A DNA stretch of 25,765 nt from an uncultured archaeon (GTDB lineage: Archaea; Asgardarchaeota; Hermodarchaeia; Hermodarchaeales; Hermodarchaeaceae), in contig CAYFXC010000028.1 in NCBI GenBank assembly GCA_964347045.1, forward strand, positions 1 through 25,765, read 5' to 3'. The notes beneath the pieces were generated by a model. The model was not told the origin of the DNA, made no database searches, and worked only from the letters and a program-made list of their open reading frames with translations. Both the position numbers and the translations under genes were made by a program. Below, in pieces: positions 17,351 to 25,765 of the stretch (the first letter of the stretch is position 1; each line of letters starts with the position of its first letter).

Positions 17351-17567
17351 CGTCCTCGTAGCTGGGGGACTTGCCTTCCTAATGAATCTCCAATTCCTAG
17401 GAGAGACATTGGTACTTTTTGGAGTGTTTCTCTTCACTTCTACACTAATCTGCTGGATAGCAGCGCGTCGGCAAAGGAAACAATAATCAAGCAATTCTCC
17501 AATTATTTATTAGGCTTCTCCCTTCACCATTCATTATTTTGGCTGACATCAATCAATATGATCTTAG

Positions 17568-20500
17568 TCAGTTCCACATTGGAAGGAGGAAAATAAATTT
17601 CGCCCCCTTCGTATAATTTCCTTTTACTCTATCTTCAACCCAAATTTCTCCTCCATATCGATCAACAATACGCTGAACAAGGGTGAGACCTATACCCGAG
17701 CCTTGAGCCTTTTCAAAGACTCTTTGTGTGTAACGAGCAAAAATCCGCTTCTTCAAATCGTCTGGGATACCAGGTCCGTGATCACTTATTTCAACTCGAA
17801 GGAAGCGCTTATTCGTATCCGAGTGAACCTTCGCTTCAACCTCAACTTTTTCATGATGATCAAATTTTACTGAGTTATGAAGTAAATTGAAGAATAAATC
17901 GGCTAACAAATCATCAGCCAGAACTTTGTATTTATCTGGATGAATATTAGTATCCAATTTAATGGTTTTTTCAGGAAAAGCTTGTTTCACCGCCTGGAGT
18001 GCAGATTGGAAGTCAGGTTCGATATCTCTAATCTCCATCAGTGTTTCAATCTTATCCATTCCTGAAAACTTCTTTACTCTTCCAATCAGAGCCGCACTTC
18101 TTTCGACTTGGTGTAAAGATAATTGAAGTTGGGTTCTCAGGGTTTCAGGGAGTTCAGGATTTAATAATTGTAATTCTAAAGTTGAAAGAATTGCCTGATT
18201 AATATTGTTCAAATCATGTGCCATCAAGTCAGTGAAAAATTCCGCTCTAGCTTTTGCTTCTTCTAGAGCACGTTCGTCATCTTTTCGCTCTCTAATATTT
18301 CGTGTTACAATTATGTAGCCCTTGGGTTTTCCATCCGCTCCGATTAGAAGCGAAGCACTGATTTCTGCCGGAAATATAGATCCATCTTTTTGGGTAAGTG
18401 TGAAAGGGTAAGGAATAGATGGACTATGCTCCTTAGTAGCTCTTAAAAGTTTGATTGCATCATTTCGTTCTTCAGGAACAATGAAATCAAAACAATTTCT
18501 GCCTAAAAGCTCTTCAGGCGTCCTAAATCCCAACAACTGTACAGCGCGCTCATTGACCAAAATAATAATTCCTTCAGCGTTAGTAAGAGTAATAGCATCC
18601 GGAGAAGTTTCAACAAGAGAACGATATCGCGCTTCTGATTCACGCAATGTTTCATCAGTATTCATCCTTTGTGTGATGTCGCGACAAACTCCTCGGTAAC
18701 CGGTTAGTTCTCCATTATCTCCTATGACTGGTCGTCCACTGGCTTCAAGAATAATAATACTCCCATCTCTATGGACGAAACGATCAACAAGATTCTTGAA
18801 TGGTTTCTGTTTAGAAAGCGTTTCGGCGAAAATCGCTTCCCCCTCTTCAGCACTTGCTGGATCCATATATTCAAAAAATACCCGATCAATAATTTGTCCT
18901 GCTGTATACCCGAGGATATCTTCAACAGAACTATTTGAATATACAAACCTACCTTCGCGATTCACTTCCCAAACCCAATATGCTGTATCTTCAACCAGTG
19001 ACCTGAATTTTTCTTCAGAGGCCTTGAGTGCAATCTCAGCGAGTTTTCGTTCAGTGATATCCTCTCCAGAGCTTAAGATTCCTGTTCGATTTCCTTCCTC
19101 ATCTTCCAATATTGTAGTGTGCCACAGGATCATTCGCTCTGTTCCATCTTTGTTTATAATTGGATTTTCAACGAATTCTTTTAGCTGATAATCACTTGAC
19201 ATAGCTTTTTCGAAAAGTTCCTTCATTTCATCGCGATCACGTTCAGGGATGCACAAATCGAAATAATTCTGACCAATGAGTTCTTCTTCATTAAAACCAA
19301 AGATTTCACATCCTTTACGGTTAACCAAGAAAATACGCTGTTCCCTATCAATACCGAAAAACGCCGTACCTGCAACATCAAGATATTGTTGAGCCCGATC
19401 TCTTTCATACCGAATAACATCTTCTGCAATTTTCCGTTCATGAATATCCATAATAGTAGCTTGAGTAGCAGGTTTACCTTGGTATTCTATAACTGACAGG
19501 GACAGCTCAAACCATCGAATACTCCCATCCTTGAGGATTCCACGCAACTCTAAACTTGTTGAAACCGGTTGCCCTTGAATGATGTTCTGAAGCTGTTCCC
19601 AAGGAACATTTCGATCATCAGGATGAATAATTTCAAAAATCTTCCACGGTTCAAAGTCAAGGATTTCTTTTTCTGTGAACCCACTGATATTGAGAAACGC
19701 AGGATTGACAAAAACAACTTTGCCATCTTGAATGATGAATAATCCTTGGATTGATTGGTCGACTAATTTGTGGTAAGCTTCTTCGGCTCGTTTTCGCTCG
19801 GTAATTTCCTGAGTTACTTCGACACAACCAAGAAGCTGTTTATTCTCATCAAAAAGGGGATACCCATGTATTAGCCACACACGTCCATCGGGAGTGCGAA
19901 TTTCATTTTCATGAAATTCACCTGTATCCCTTGCAGCAACAACAGGGCAATCACTACAAGGGCTCTCTCGCTGTTGCCAGATTTCGTAACAATATTTTCC
20001 TATGAGTTCATCAACATTTAGATTCACCGAATCAGCTGCGGCTCGATTCGCCCAAACAATTCGGTTTTCTTTGTCATGGAAAATTACATGCTCTGAAATA
20101 CTATCCAAAATCACAGATTTTTCATGTTCGGATTTTTTCAACGCGTCTTGGCTTTGCTTTAACTCATCTTGTTTGTGTCTTAATTCAGTAATGTCTTTTT
20201 GAATTGAGATTGAATATTTTAATGACCCGTTATCGTCTCGAATTGCGTTTGCACTAAGTAAAACTGTTCGTCTATCTCCGGATTTGCTTTGAATAATGAG
20301 TTCTTCATCATTGATTGTGCCTTTTTCCTTCCAGGACAAAAATAGTTCTTTGACCTTCGCCTCGCATTCAGGTGCATATATGGTTCGGATGTGCTTCCCT
20401 ATTAATTCAACACGTGAGTAACCAAGTACTTTTAGTGCCGCTTTATTCAAATCTAAAAGAATTCCTTGGGGTGAGACCATATAGCAGTATAGGGGGGCAT

Positions 20501-20576
20501 TTTCAAAGAAAAGCCTAAACCGCGGGTCTTCATCTTCATCGGTGATTTCTTTTTCTTCTCGCTTGTGTGAAGACAT
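17568..20576 (-). CDS. Cytoplasmic sensor histidine kinase with six PAS/PAC domains
   Basis: Six PAS starts (FENAP, LDSISE, VDQSIQ, LDVAGT, VEDTAY, VETSPD), each ending in a DITE/EITE/DIHE/DITQ/NIRE-type linker. H-box MAHDLNN, N-box NLLHNSVKF, G1 DHGPGI, G2 GSGIGL. No TM segment. Confidence 0.96.
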   Translation of the reverse strand: MSSHKREEKEITDEDEDPRFRLFFENAPLYCYMVSPQGILLDLNKAALKVLGYSRVELIGKHIRTIYAPECEAKVKELFLSWKEKGTINDEELIIQSKSGDRRTVLLSANAIRDDNGSLKYSISIQKDITELRHKQDELKQSQDALKKSEHEKSVILDSISEHVIFHDKENRIVWANRAAADSVNLNVDELIGKYCYEIWQQRESPCSDCPVVAARDTGEFHENEIRTPDGRVWLIHGYPLFDENKQLLGCVEVTQEITERKRAEEAYHKLVDQSIQGLFIIQDGKVVFVNPAFLNISGFTEKEILDFEPWKIFEIIHPDDRNVPWEQLQNIIQGQPVSTSLELRGILKDGSIRWFELSLSVIEYQGKPATQATIMDIHERKIAEDVIRYERDRAQQYLDVAGTAFFGIDREQRIFLVNRKGCEIFGFNEEELIGQNYFDLCIPERDRDEMKELFEKAMSSDYQLKEFVENPIINKDGTERMILWHTTILEDEEGNRTGILSSGEDITERKLAEIALKASEEKFRSLVEDTAYWVWEVNREGRFVYSNSSVEDILGYTAGQIIDRVFFEYMDPASAEEGEAIFAETLSKQKPFKNLVDRFVHRDGSIIILEASGRPVIGDNGELTGYRGVCRDITQRMNTDETLRESEARYRSLVETSPDAITLTNAEGIIILVNERAVQLLGFRTPEELLGRNCFDFIVPEERNDAIKLLRATKEHSPSIPYPFTLTQKDGSIFPAEISASLLIGADGKPKGYIIVTRNIRERKDDERALEEAKARAEFFTDLMAHDLNNINQAILSTLELQLLNPELPETLRTQLQLSLHQVERSAALIGRVKKFSGMDKIETLMEIRDIEPDFQSALQAVKQAFPEKTIKLDTNIHPDKYKVLADDLLADLFFNLLHNSVKFDHHEKVEVEAKVHSDTNKRFLRVEISDHGPGIPDDLKKRIFARYTQRVFEKAQGSGIGLTLVQRIVDRYGGEIWVEDRVKGNYTKGAKFIFLLPMWN

Positions 20577-20708
20577 AATCGTACACGTTAATGTCTTTCA
20601 TTATCCCCAAGTCTTTTGACTTTAAGAATTTGTGTTGGAAAACAGTACATATCTGTTTCGGGTTTCAACAAAATGTGCTCGCAAAACTGCGCGAATCACA
20701 TCTAAAAC

Positions 20709-20724
20709 TCCCAAAGTTTTAAAT
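20709..20724 (+). promoter_or_regulatory. Putative BRE/TATA promoter of acs
   Basis: CCCAAAG-TTTTAAAT about 120 nt upstream of the acs start. Confidence 0.5.
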
Positions 20725-20845
20725 AGCTCGTTCAGTGACCGAAACGCATTCTCCTCCTTTGGACGCGAGTCCACATTTCTGAGGGGATAAAGGTCTGAAT
20801 TCCTGATAGCATAAGGATCTCTATTACCAACACCGGTGACAAGCA

Positions 20846-22810
20846 TTGAGTAAAATTGAGATTACATCAACAGAAGCCCGGAAATTTCCACCATCGAAGG
20901 CTTTTAGCAAAAAAGCCTATATCAAAAATATGCAAGAGTTGGGAGAAATCTATCAAGAATCCATCCGGGATCCTCAAGCCTTCTGGGCTAAACAAGCTGA
21001 AAACCTTGATTGGTTCGAAAAGTGGCCAGATCCAGTACATACCTGGGATCCAACTGAAGTCAAGCATACTTGGTTCAAAGGCGGTAAACTCAACGCAAGC
21101 TATAACTGCCTTGACCGGCACTTGAAAACAGAACGTAGGGACAAAATCGCAATTATATGGGAGGGTGATGATCCTAATCAAAGTAAGACAATTACTTTCC
21201 AGCAACTCTATGAAGATGTCAGCAAGTTTGCAAACGTCTTAAGAAACCTTGGATACCAGAAAGGCGACCGTATTGCACTCTACATGCCTATGATTCCAGA
21301 ACTTGTAATAGCCATGCTCGCCTGTGCACGTTTGGGGATCATTCACAGCATCGTTTTTGGTGGTTTTAGTGCTGAAAGTTTGAAGGACCGCATATTAGAT
21401 GCTGATTGCATTGGGCTCATCACAAGTGATGGCAGTTATCGAGGAGGCAAAACGATCCCTTTAAAAATCAATGCCGATACAGCGCTTAAAAATTGTCCCA
21501 ATGTCAAGTATAGCATTGTTGTCAAACGCACAGGCATTGAGGTGGAGATGAAAAATCAACGGGATTTTTGGTGGCACGAACTCATGGAGGATCCAGCTGT
21601 TCAAGCCCCATGCCCTGCAGAACCAATTGATGCCGAAGATCCTCTTTTTATTCTCTACACTAGCGGCTCAACTGGAAAACCTAAGGGTGTACTCCATACT
21701 ACCGGTGGTTATCTCACATACACGATGACTACGTTCAAGTACATTTTCGATTACCATGAAGACGATATTTTCTGGTGTACAGCTGATATTGGATGGATTA
21801 CTGGTCATAGTTACATCGTTTATGGTCCTTTAGCTGCAGGTGCCACCAGCGTAATGTTTGAGGGCATACCAACATATCCCGAGCCTGACCGCTTTTGGGC
21901 TATTGTAGAAAAATACAAAATCACCCAATTCTATACTGCACCCACGGCAATCCGAGCTATTATGCGTCACGGTGACGAATGGGTTACCAAACACGATTTA
22001 AGTAGCCTGAAACTTCTTGGAACAGTGGGAGAGCCAATCAATCCTGAAGCTTGGTTGTGGTACTATAAGGTGGTTGGGAAAGAAAAAGCACCTATCGTTG
22101 ATACTTATTGGCAAACTGAGACCGGAGGAGTCATTATTACTCCAATTCCCGGGGCTGTAGACCTCAAACCTGGTTCGTGTACTCTTCCCTTCCCCGGTAT
22201 TGAACCAATGATCGTCGATGAATCAGGTCAAGAGATTGGTGTCAATGAAGGCGGATATTTGGTGATTAGAAAGCCTTGGCCTGGATTAATGCGAACTGTC
22301 TATGGTGATCACCAACGTTTCGTGGATACATATTTCAAAACATTCCCATCCTATTATATGACAGGAGATGGAGCCCGCAAAGATGAAGACGGCTACTTCT
22401 GGGTTGTCGGACGTATAGATGATGTGGTCAATGTATCTGGTCACAGGATGGGTACAGCGGAAATCGAATCTGCACTTGTTTCACATCCTTCCGTCGCTGA
22501 GGCTGCAGTCGTTGGCTTCCCTCATGATATCAAGGGACAAGCTCTCTACTGCTTTGTTACCTTGAAGATGAATTATGAGAAGACTGACGAGCTTCGCCAA
22601 GAGCTTCGAAAACATGTTCGTAAGGAAATTGGTCCTATTGCGACACCGGATAAGATTCAATTCGCTGATGCCTTGCCAAAGACACGTAGTGGTAAAATCA
22701 TGCGACGTATCTTAAAGAAAATTGCTGCGGGTGAAACAAAGGACTTGGGTGACACAACGACCTTGGCTGATCCCTTAGTGGTTCAGAAGCTTATCCAAGA
22801 ACGTGTTTAA
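20846..22810 (+). CDS. acs: Acetyl-CoA synthetase (AMP-forming acetate--CoA ligase)
   Basis: [71 protein letters not shown] and [12 protein letters not shown]; TTG start with GGTGA RBS. Confidence 0.97.
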   Translation: MSKIEITSTEARKFPPSKAFSKKAYIKNMQELGEIYQESIRDPQAFWAKQAENLDWFEKWPDPVHTWDPTEVKHTWFKGGKLNASYNCLDRHLKTERRDKIAIIWEGDDPNQSKTITFQQLYEDVSKFANVLRNLGYQKGDRIALYMPMIPELVIAMLACARLGIIHSIVFGGFSAESLKDRILDADCIGLITSDGSYRGGKTIPLKINADTALKNCPNVKYSIVVKRTGIEVEMKNQRDFWWHELMEDPAVQAPCPAEPIDAEDPLFILYTSGSTGKPKGVLHTTGGYLTYTMTTFKYIFDYHEDDIFWCTADIGWITGHSYIVYGPLAAGATSVMFEGIPTYPEPDRFWAIVEKYKITQFYTAPTAIRAIMRHGDEWVTKHDLSSLKLLGTVGEPINPEAWLWYYKVVGKEKAPIVDTYWQTETGGVIITPIPGAVDLKPGSCTLPFPGIEPMIVDESGQEIGVNEGGYLVIRKPWPGLMRTVYGDHQRFVDTYFKTFPSYYMTGDGARKDEDGYFWVVGRIDDVVNVSGHRMGTAEIESALVSHPSVAEAAVVGFPHDIKGQALYCFVTLKMNYEKTDELRQELRKHVRKEIGPIATPDKIQFADALPKTRSGKIMRRILKKIAAGETKDLGDTTTLADPLVVQKLIQERV

Positions 22811-22819
22811 TATGAGTAT

Positions 22820-22880
22820 GGAGACATTATTCATGTCTCCTTTGCCCTTATTTGTTGATCATTTATTGTGTTTTTTTCCG
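22820..22880 (+). terminator. Hairpin + T-rich tract after acs
   Basis: GGAGACAT-tattc-ATGTCTCC (22820-22840) followed by T-rich sequence including a T7 run at 22871-22877. Confidence 0.55.
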
Positions 22881-23090
22881 AACTTGCCGGTTACTAAGGA
22901 ATTATAGCTATTGTCAGATTGATGAAATTTCGTAATTGCTTTAATAATAAAACCTCAGCAAGCTATTAACTGGCATTGGTTGGTGTTACTCTTGTTAGAT
23001 GTCGAAAATGACTCGAAGAATGGAAGAAAAATCTCTGGGGCATTAATTTTTAACACATTGAATAGTCAGGCGGTTCTGTGGCTGTTGTCA

Positions 23091-24722
23091 ATGAATGGTT
23101 GGGGGAGGAAGGAAAAACGATTCGGAAATTCTAGTGTTTTTTTCATTGGAGCACTTAGTCTTGTGTGGTTTCTCTTTCGAACGGGGACAAAGCCAACACG
23201 AGCTGTGTATCCCTGTCAACGAGTTGCTGTGGATACAGTTTCAATGTCAGCACAAACATTACTACCTGCAGCAATAACTTCTCTTTTCGCAGGACTTTCT
23301 TATCGGTCGCTAAGAATAACCTCCGCCAAAATTAGTGCTGGATTTAGACGGTATTGGAAACCCATCATCGCCCTGCTTATTATCGTGCCAACGGCAGGCC
23401 TTGGAATCGCTTTATTGTGGAATAGCCTCCAACCTGGGTTACCAGGTAGCGATGTGACACTCACACTGAGTCCACAAACCGCTACCTCCTTTCCTGCCTC
23501 AAACATCTATGTTCTTAACGGTCCGGCATTCGCCCATATTACAAATCTAATCAACCTCATGGGTTCTCAGGGACTCGACTTCTACCAATCGAGTAGCACT
23601 GGAACGAACCAAGGACCTTCAGGACTCATTGCGAACAACGACGTTGTTCTAATCAAGATCAACAGCCAATGGGATGAACGCGGTGGTTCAAACACAGATC
23701 TTCTTCGTGAACTTATACAAGCTATACTCAATCATCCCGATGGGTTTGAAGGAGAAATCGTGGTGGCTGACAATGGACAAGGTTTTGGCAGTCTTGATTG
23801 GTCAGAAAATAACGCTGAAAACCCAAGCCAATCCGTGTCAACTGTCGTAGCGAGTTTCTCAACTACTCATGCAGTGAATCTATATGACTGGCAGTCCATA
23901 ATTGGAACTGAAGTCGACGAATATTCGGATGGGGATATGGACGATGGATATATTCGATATAGTGACGTCGATCCTGATACTGGACTTCGAGTCACCTATC
24001 CGAAATTCCAAACCACTGACGGCACTTATATCAGCTTCAAATATGGTATCTGGAACGGCTACTCCTATGAGGATCGACTCAAAATAATCAACCTACCTAT
24101 TCTCAAATCCCATAGCAATTATGGCGTCACTGGTGCAACTAAACACTATATGGGTGTACAATCTGAAGGCTTACATGGTGAAGGATTAGGCAATGGACAT
24201 TATAGTATCGCTGATGGGGGGATGGGTACACTTCTAGCCGAGACTCGGTATCCCGTACTTAATATCCTTGATGCTATTTGGGTCAACGCAAACCCCTATC
24301 CTTCAACTCATTGTGGTCCTCCCACTGCATATGAGGAAGCCACTCGGGTGAATGTGCTCATGGCAAGCACAGATCCAATTGCGTTGGATTATTGGGCCGC
24401 CAAAAACATCCTTATGCCAACAGCGGAGTTGATCGGAGACGACGATGTTTATACAATAGACCCTGATAACACCATCCGTGGATTGCTCACTGAAGCTTTT
24501 GGCGTTTGGCTCCGACTCACTGAAGACGAACTCATCCAAAATGGATTCACAGTTACTACTGACGAATCACGGATGAATGTCTACATTTCTCAACCGTTTT
24601 CTTTACCAATTGATCTTCCATCTTTCACAAAGATATTCGACGATACAGTTGCTAAACCTGTTAATCCCCTTTTCAAAATTTTGGGTAATTATTTATGTAG
24701 GAACAGTTACTGGAAGCCCTAG
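23091..24722 (+). CDS. Membrane-anchored DUF362 domain-containing protein
   Basis: DVVLIKIN, IINLPILKSH..GVTGATKHYMG, LNILDAIW and STDPIALD. N-terminal WFLFRTGTKPTRAVYPCQR plus hydrophobic helices. ATG 23091 is preferred over TTG 22980. Confidence 0.75.
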   Translation: MNGWGRKEKRFGNSSVFFIGALSLVWFLFRTGTKPTRAVYPCQRVAVDTVSMSAQTLLPAAITSLFAGLSYRSLRITSAKISAGFRRYWKPIIALLIIVPTAGLGIALLWNSLQPGLPGSDVTLTLSPQTATSFPASNIYVLNGPAFAHITNLINLMGSQGLDFYQSSSTGTNQGPSGLIANNDVVLIKINSQWDERGGSNTDLLRELIQAILNHPDGFEGEIVVADNGQGFGSLDWSENNAENPSQSVSTVVASFSTTHAVNLYDWQSIIGTEVDEYSDGDMDDGYIRYSDVDPDTGLRVTYPKFQTTDGTYISFKYGIWNGYSYEDRLKIINLPILKSHSNYGVTGATKHYMGVQSEGLHGEGLGNGHYSIADGGMGTLLAETRYPVLNILDAIWVNANPYPSTHCGPPTAYEEATRVNVLMASTDPIALDYWAAKNILMPTAELIGDDDVYTIDPDNTIRGLLTEAFGVWLRLTEDELIQNGFTVTTDESRMNVYISQPFSLPIDLPSFTKIFDDTVAKPVNPLFKILGNYLCRNSYWKP

Positions 24723-24733
24723 GGTGTTACAAC

Positions 24734-25069
24734 GTGTCAGATGAAACAGCTTCGACGCTAATCCTCATTGGCGCAATATTGCAGCTCCTTCTCTCTCTTA
24801 TCCTGCTAATACTTGGAGGTCTTGGTTTCATCCTACCCCTTATCTTTGGGGCTCCACCAGATATTTGGCTCTTGATCCCTGCATTCTTTTTCATCGGTGG
24901 AATCGTTAGTATAATCTTTGCTATCCTTTGGTTCGGTTGGCGTCAAGACCCAGGAGCTAATAAGACTTCGCTGATTATCACGGGAGTTCTTGGGCTGATT
25001 TTTGGTGGTTTCTTGCCAGGGCTTCTTGTTCTCATTGGCGGTGTTATTGCGACCGAAGAATCTGCATAA
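24734..25069 (+). CDS. Small integral membrane protein (3-4 TM), unknown function
   Basis: Almost entirely hydrophobic 111 aa; GTG start with GGGTG RBS, 11 nt after the upstream stop. Confidence 0.8.
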   Translation: MSDETASTLILIGAILQLLLSLILLILGGLGFILPLIFGAPPDIWLLIPAFFFIGGIVSIIFAILWFGWRQDPGANKTSLIITGVLGLIFGGFLPGLLVLIGGVIATEESA

Positions 25070-25071
25070 GT

Positions 25072-25116
25072 GGGTCAATAGGCTCAATCAAATTGACCCT
25101 CTTCTTATTTTTTCTA
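25072..25116 (+). terminator. Hairpin + T-tract between convergent genes
   Basis: GGGTCAAT (25072-25079) / ATTGACCC (25092-25099) followed by TCTTCTTATTTTTTCT. Confidence 0.55.
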
Positions 25117-25163
25117 TAGTATATTTTAGAGGAATGCCTGTTTTGAAATTTGGTTAAATGTTT

Positions 25164-25490
25164 TTATTTACTAATTCCATTGAACATATGGCGCATCTGA
25201 CGCTGATACTTCTCAAATGCTTCGCGACCCTTTGAAGTGAGTTGAATCAACGTATAGGGTTTCCGTTCCACGAATTTCTTAATAACCTCAACAAATCCTG
25301 CATTTTCTAATTTTGTAATATGAGAGGATAGATTCCCCCAAGTAAGTCCTGTCTGTTGTTGTAAAAATAGGAAATCCGCTCGGTCCAAGACATACAGATG
25401 GGACATAATAATGAGCCGTGCTGGTTCATGAATAACTCGATCAATGTCATCAATTATAGGAAATTGTACTTTGTCTGATTCTTCAGACAC
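25164..25490 (-). CDS. Winged helix-turn-helix transcriptional regulator (HTH_34 / MarR-ArsR-like)
   Basis: IHEPARLIIMSHL, LTWGNLSSHITKLENAGFV and LTSKGREAF; GTG start with GGAGG RBS. Confidence 0.9.
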   Translation of the reverse strand: MSEESDKVQFPIIDDIDRVIHEPARLIIMSHLYVLDRADFLFLQQQTGLTWGNLSSHITKLENAGFVEVIKKFVERKPYTLIQLTSKGREAFEKYQRQMRHMFNGISK

Positions 25491-25765
25491 CCTCCACCTC
25501 TCCGAATGTTTCTTTCGGAAACTGTCTCATGAATCTGTACAACAGAACAGTACCATAGGTAACCATCATCGCTCCTAACATAATCAAGGGAAGAAGCACA
25601 ACTACGGGAACAAGAAATGTGAAAAACGCCGTACCAAGAAAGATCGCTCCATAAATGTAGAATCGTTGGATGTTTGAAATATAGCCAATGAGCACTAAGA
25701 GCAATCCAACAATGTGTCCAACTATCAGAATGGTAAATACAGATTCGAAAATCAGAATTCCTAAT
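25483..25765 (-). CDS. Membrane protein, 5'-truncated by the window edge
   Basis: The frame is open to the window end (LGILIFESVFTILIVGHIVGLL...) with several hydrophobic helices; its stop overlaps the wHTH start. Confidence 0.75.
   Translation of the reverse strand, partial: LGILIFESVFTILIVGHIVGLLLVLIGYISNIQRFYIYGAIFLGTAFFTFLVPVVVLLPLIMLGAMMVTYGTVLLYRFMRQFPKETFGEVEGV

Noticed and set aside
20622-20846. 74-aa minus-strand ORF between the kinase and acs
   Set aside because: It occupies the divergent promoter/leader region and has no coding signature.

Overview
Gene-dense archaeal chromosomal window, most likely from an Asgard archaeon. This is inferred from a Rab-like small GTPase, GGTGA/GGAGG-type ribosome-binding sites, TATA-like promoters, KaiC/RAD55- and GvpD-like ATPases and an archaeosortase. 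No rRNA, tRNA, CRISPR array or mobile element was seen. From left to right: a truncated alpha/beta hydrolase; two paralogous MFS transporters bracketing a PadR + DUF5320-like unit (triple palindromic operator) and a large membrane-anchored surface glycoprotein; an acyl-CoA dehydrogenase; an RHH protein; and a tusA-dsrE-iscS-iscU operon whose IscS has Asp in place of the PLP-binding Lys. Next is a ~9 kb signalling locus: four KaiC/RecA-fold ATPase genes (including a reciprocally degenerate pair), a Rab-like GTPase, a stand-alone receiver domain, an archaeosortase and a soluble 6xPAS histidine kinase. The window ends with acetyl-CoA synthetase, a DUF362 protein, small membrane proteins and a wHTH regulator. 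The best candidate for an undescribed system is the KaiC-like ATPase / Rab-like GTPase / two-component module. All family calls come from motif recognition by eye; no searches were run.
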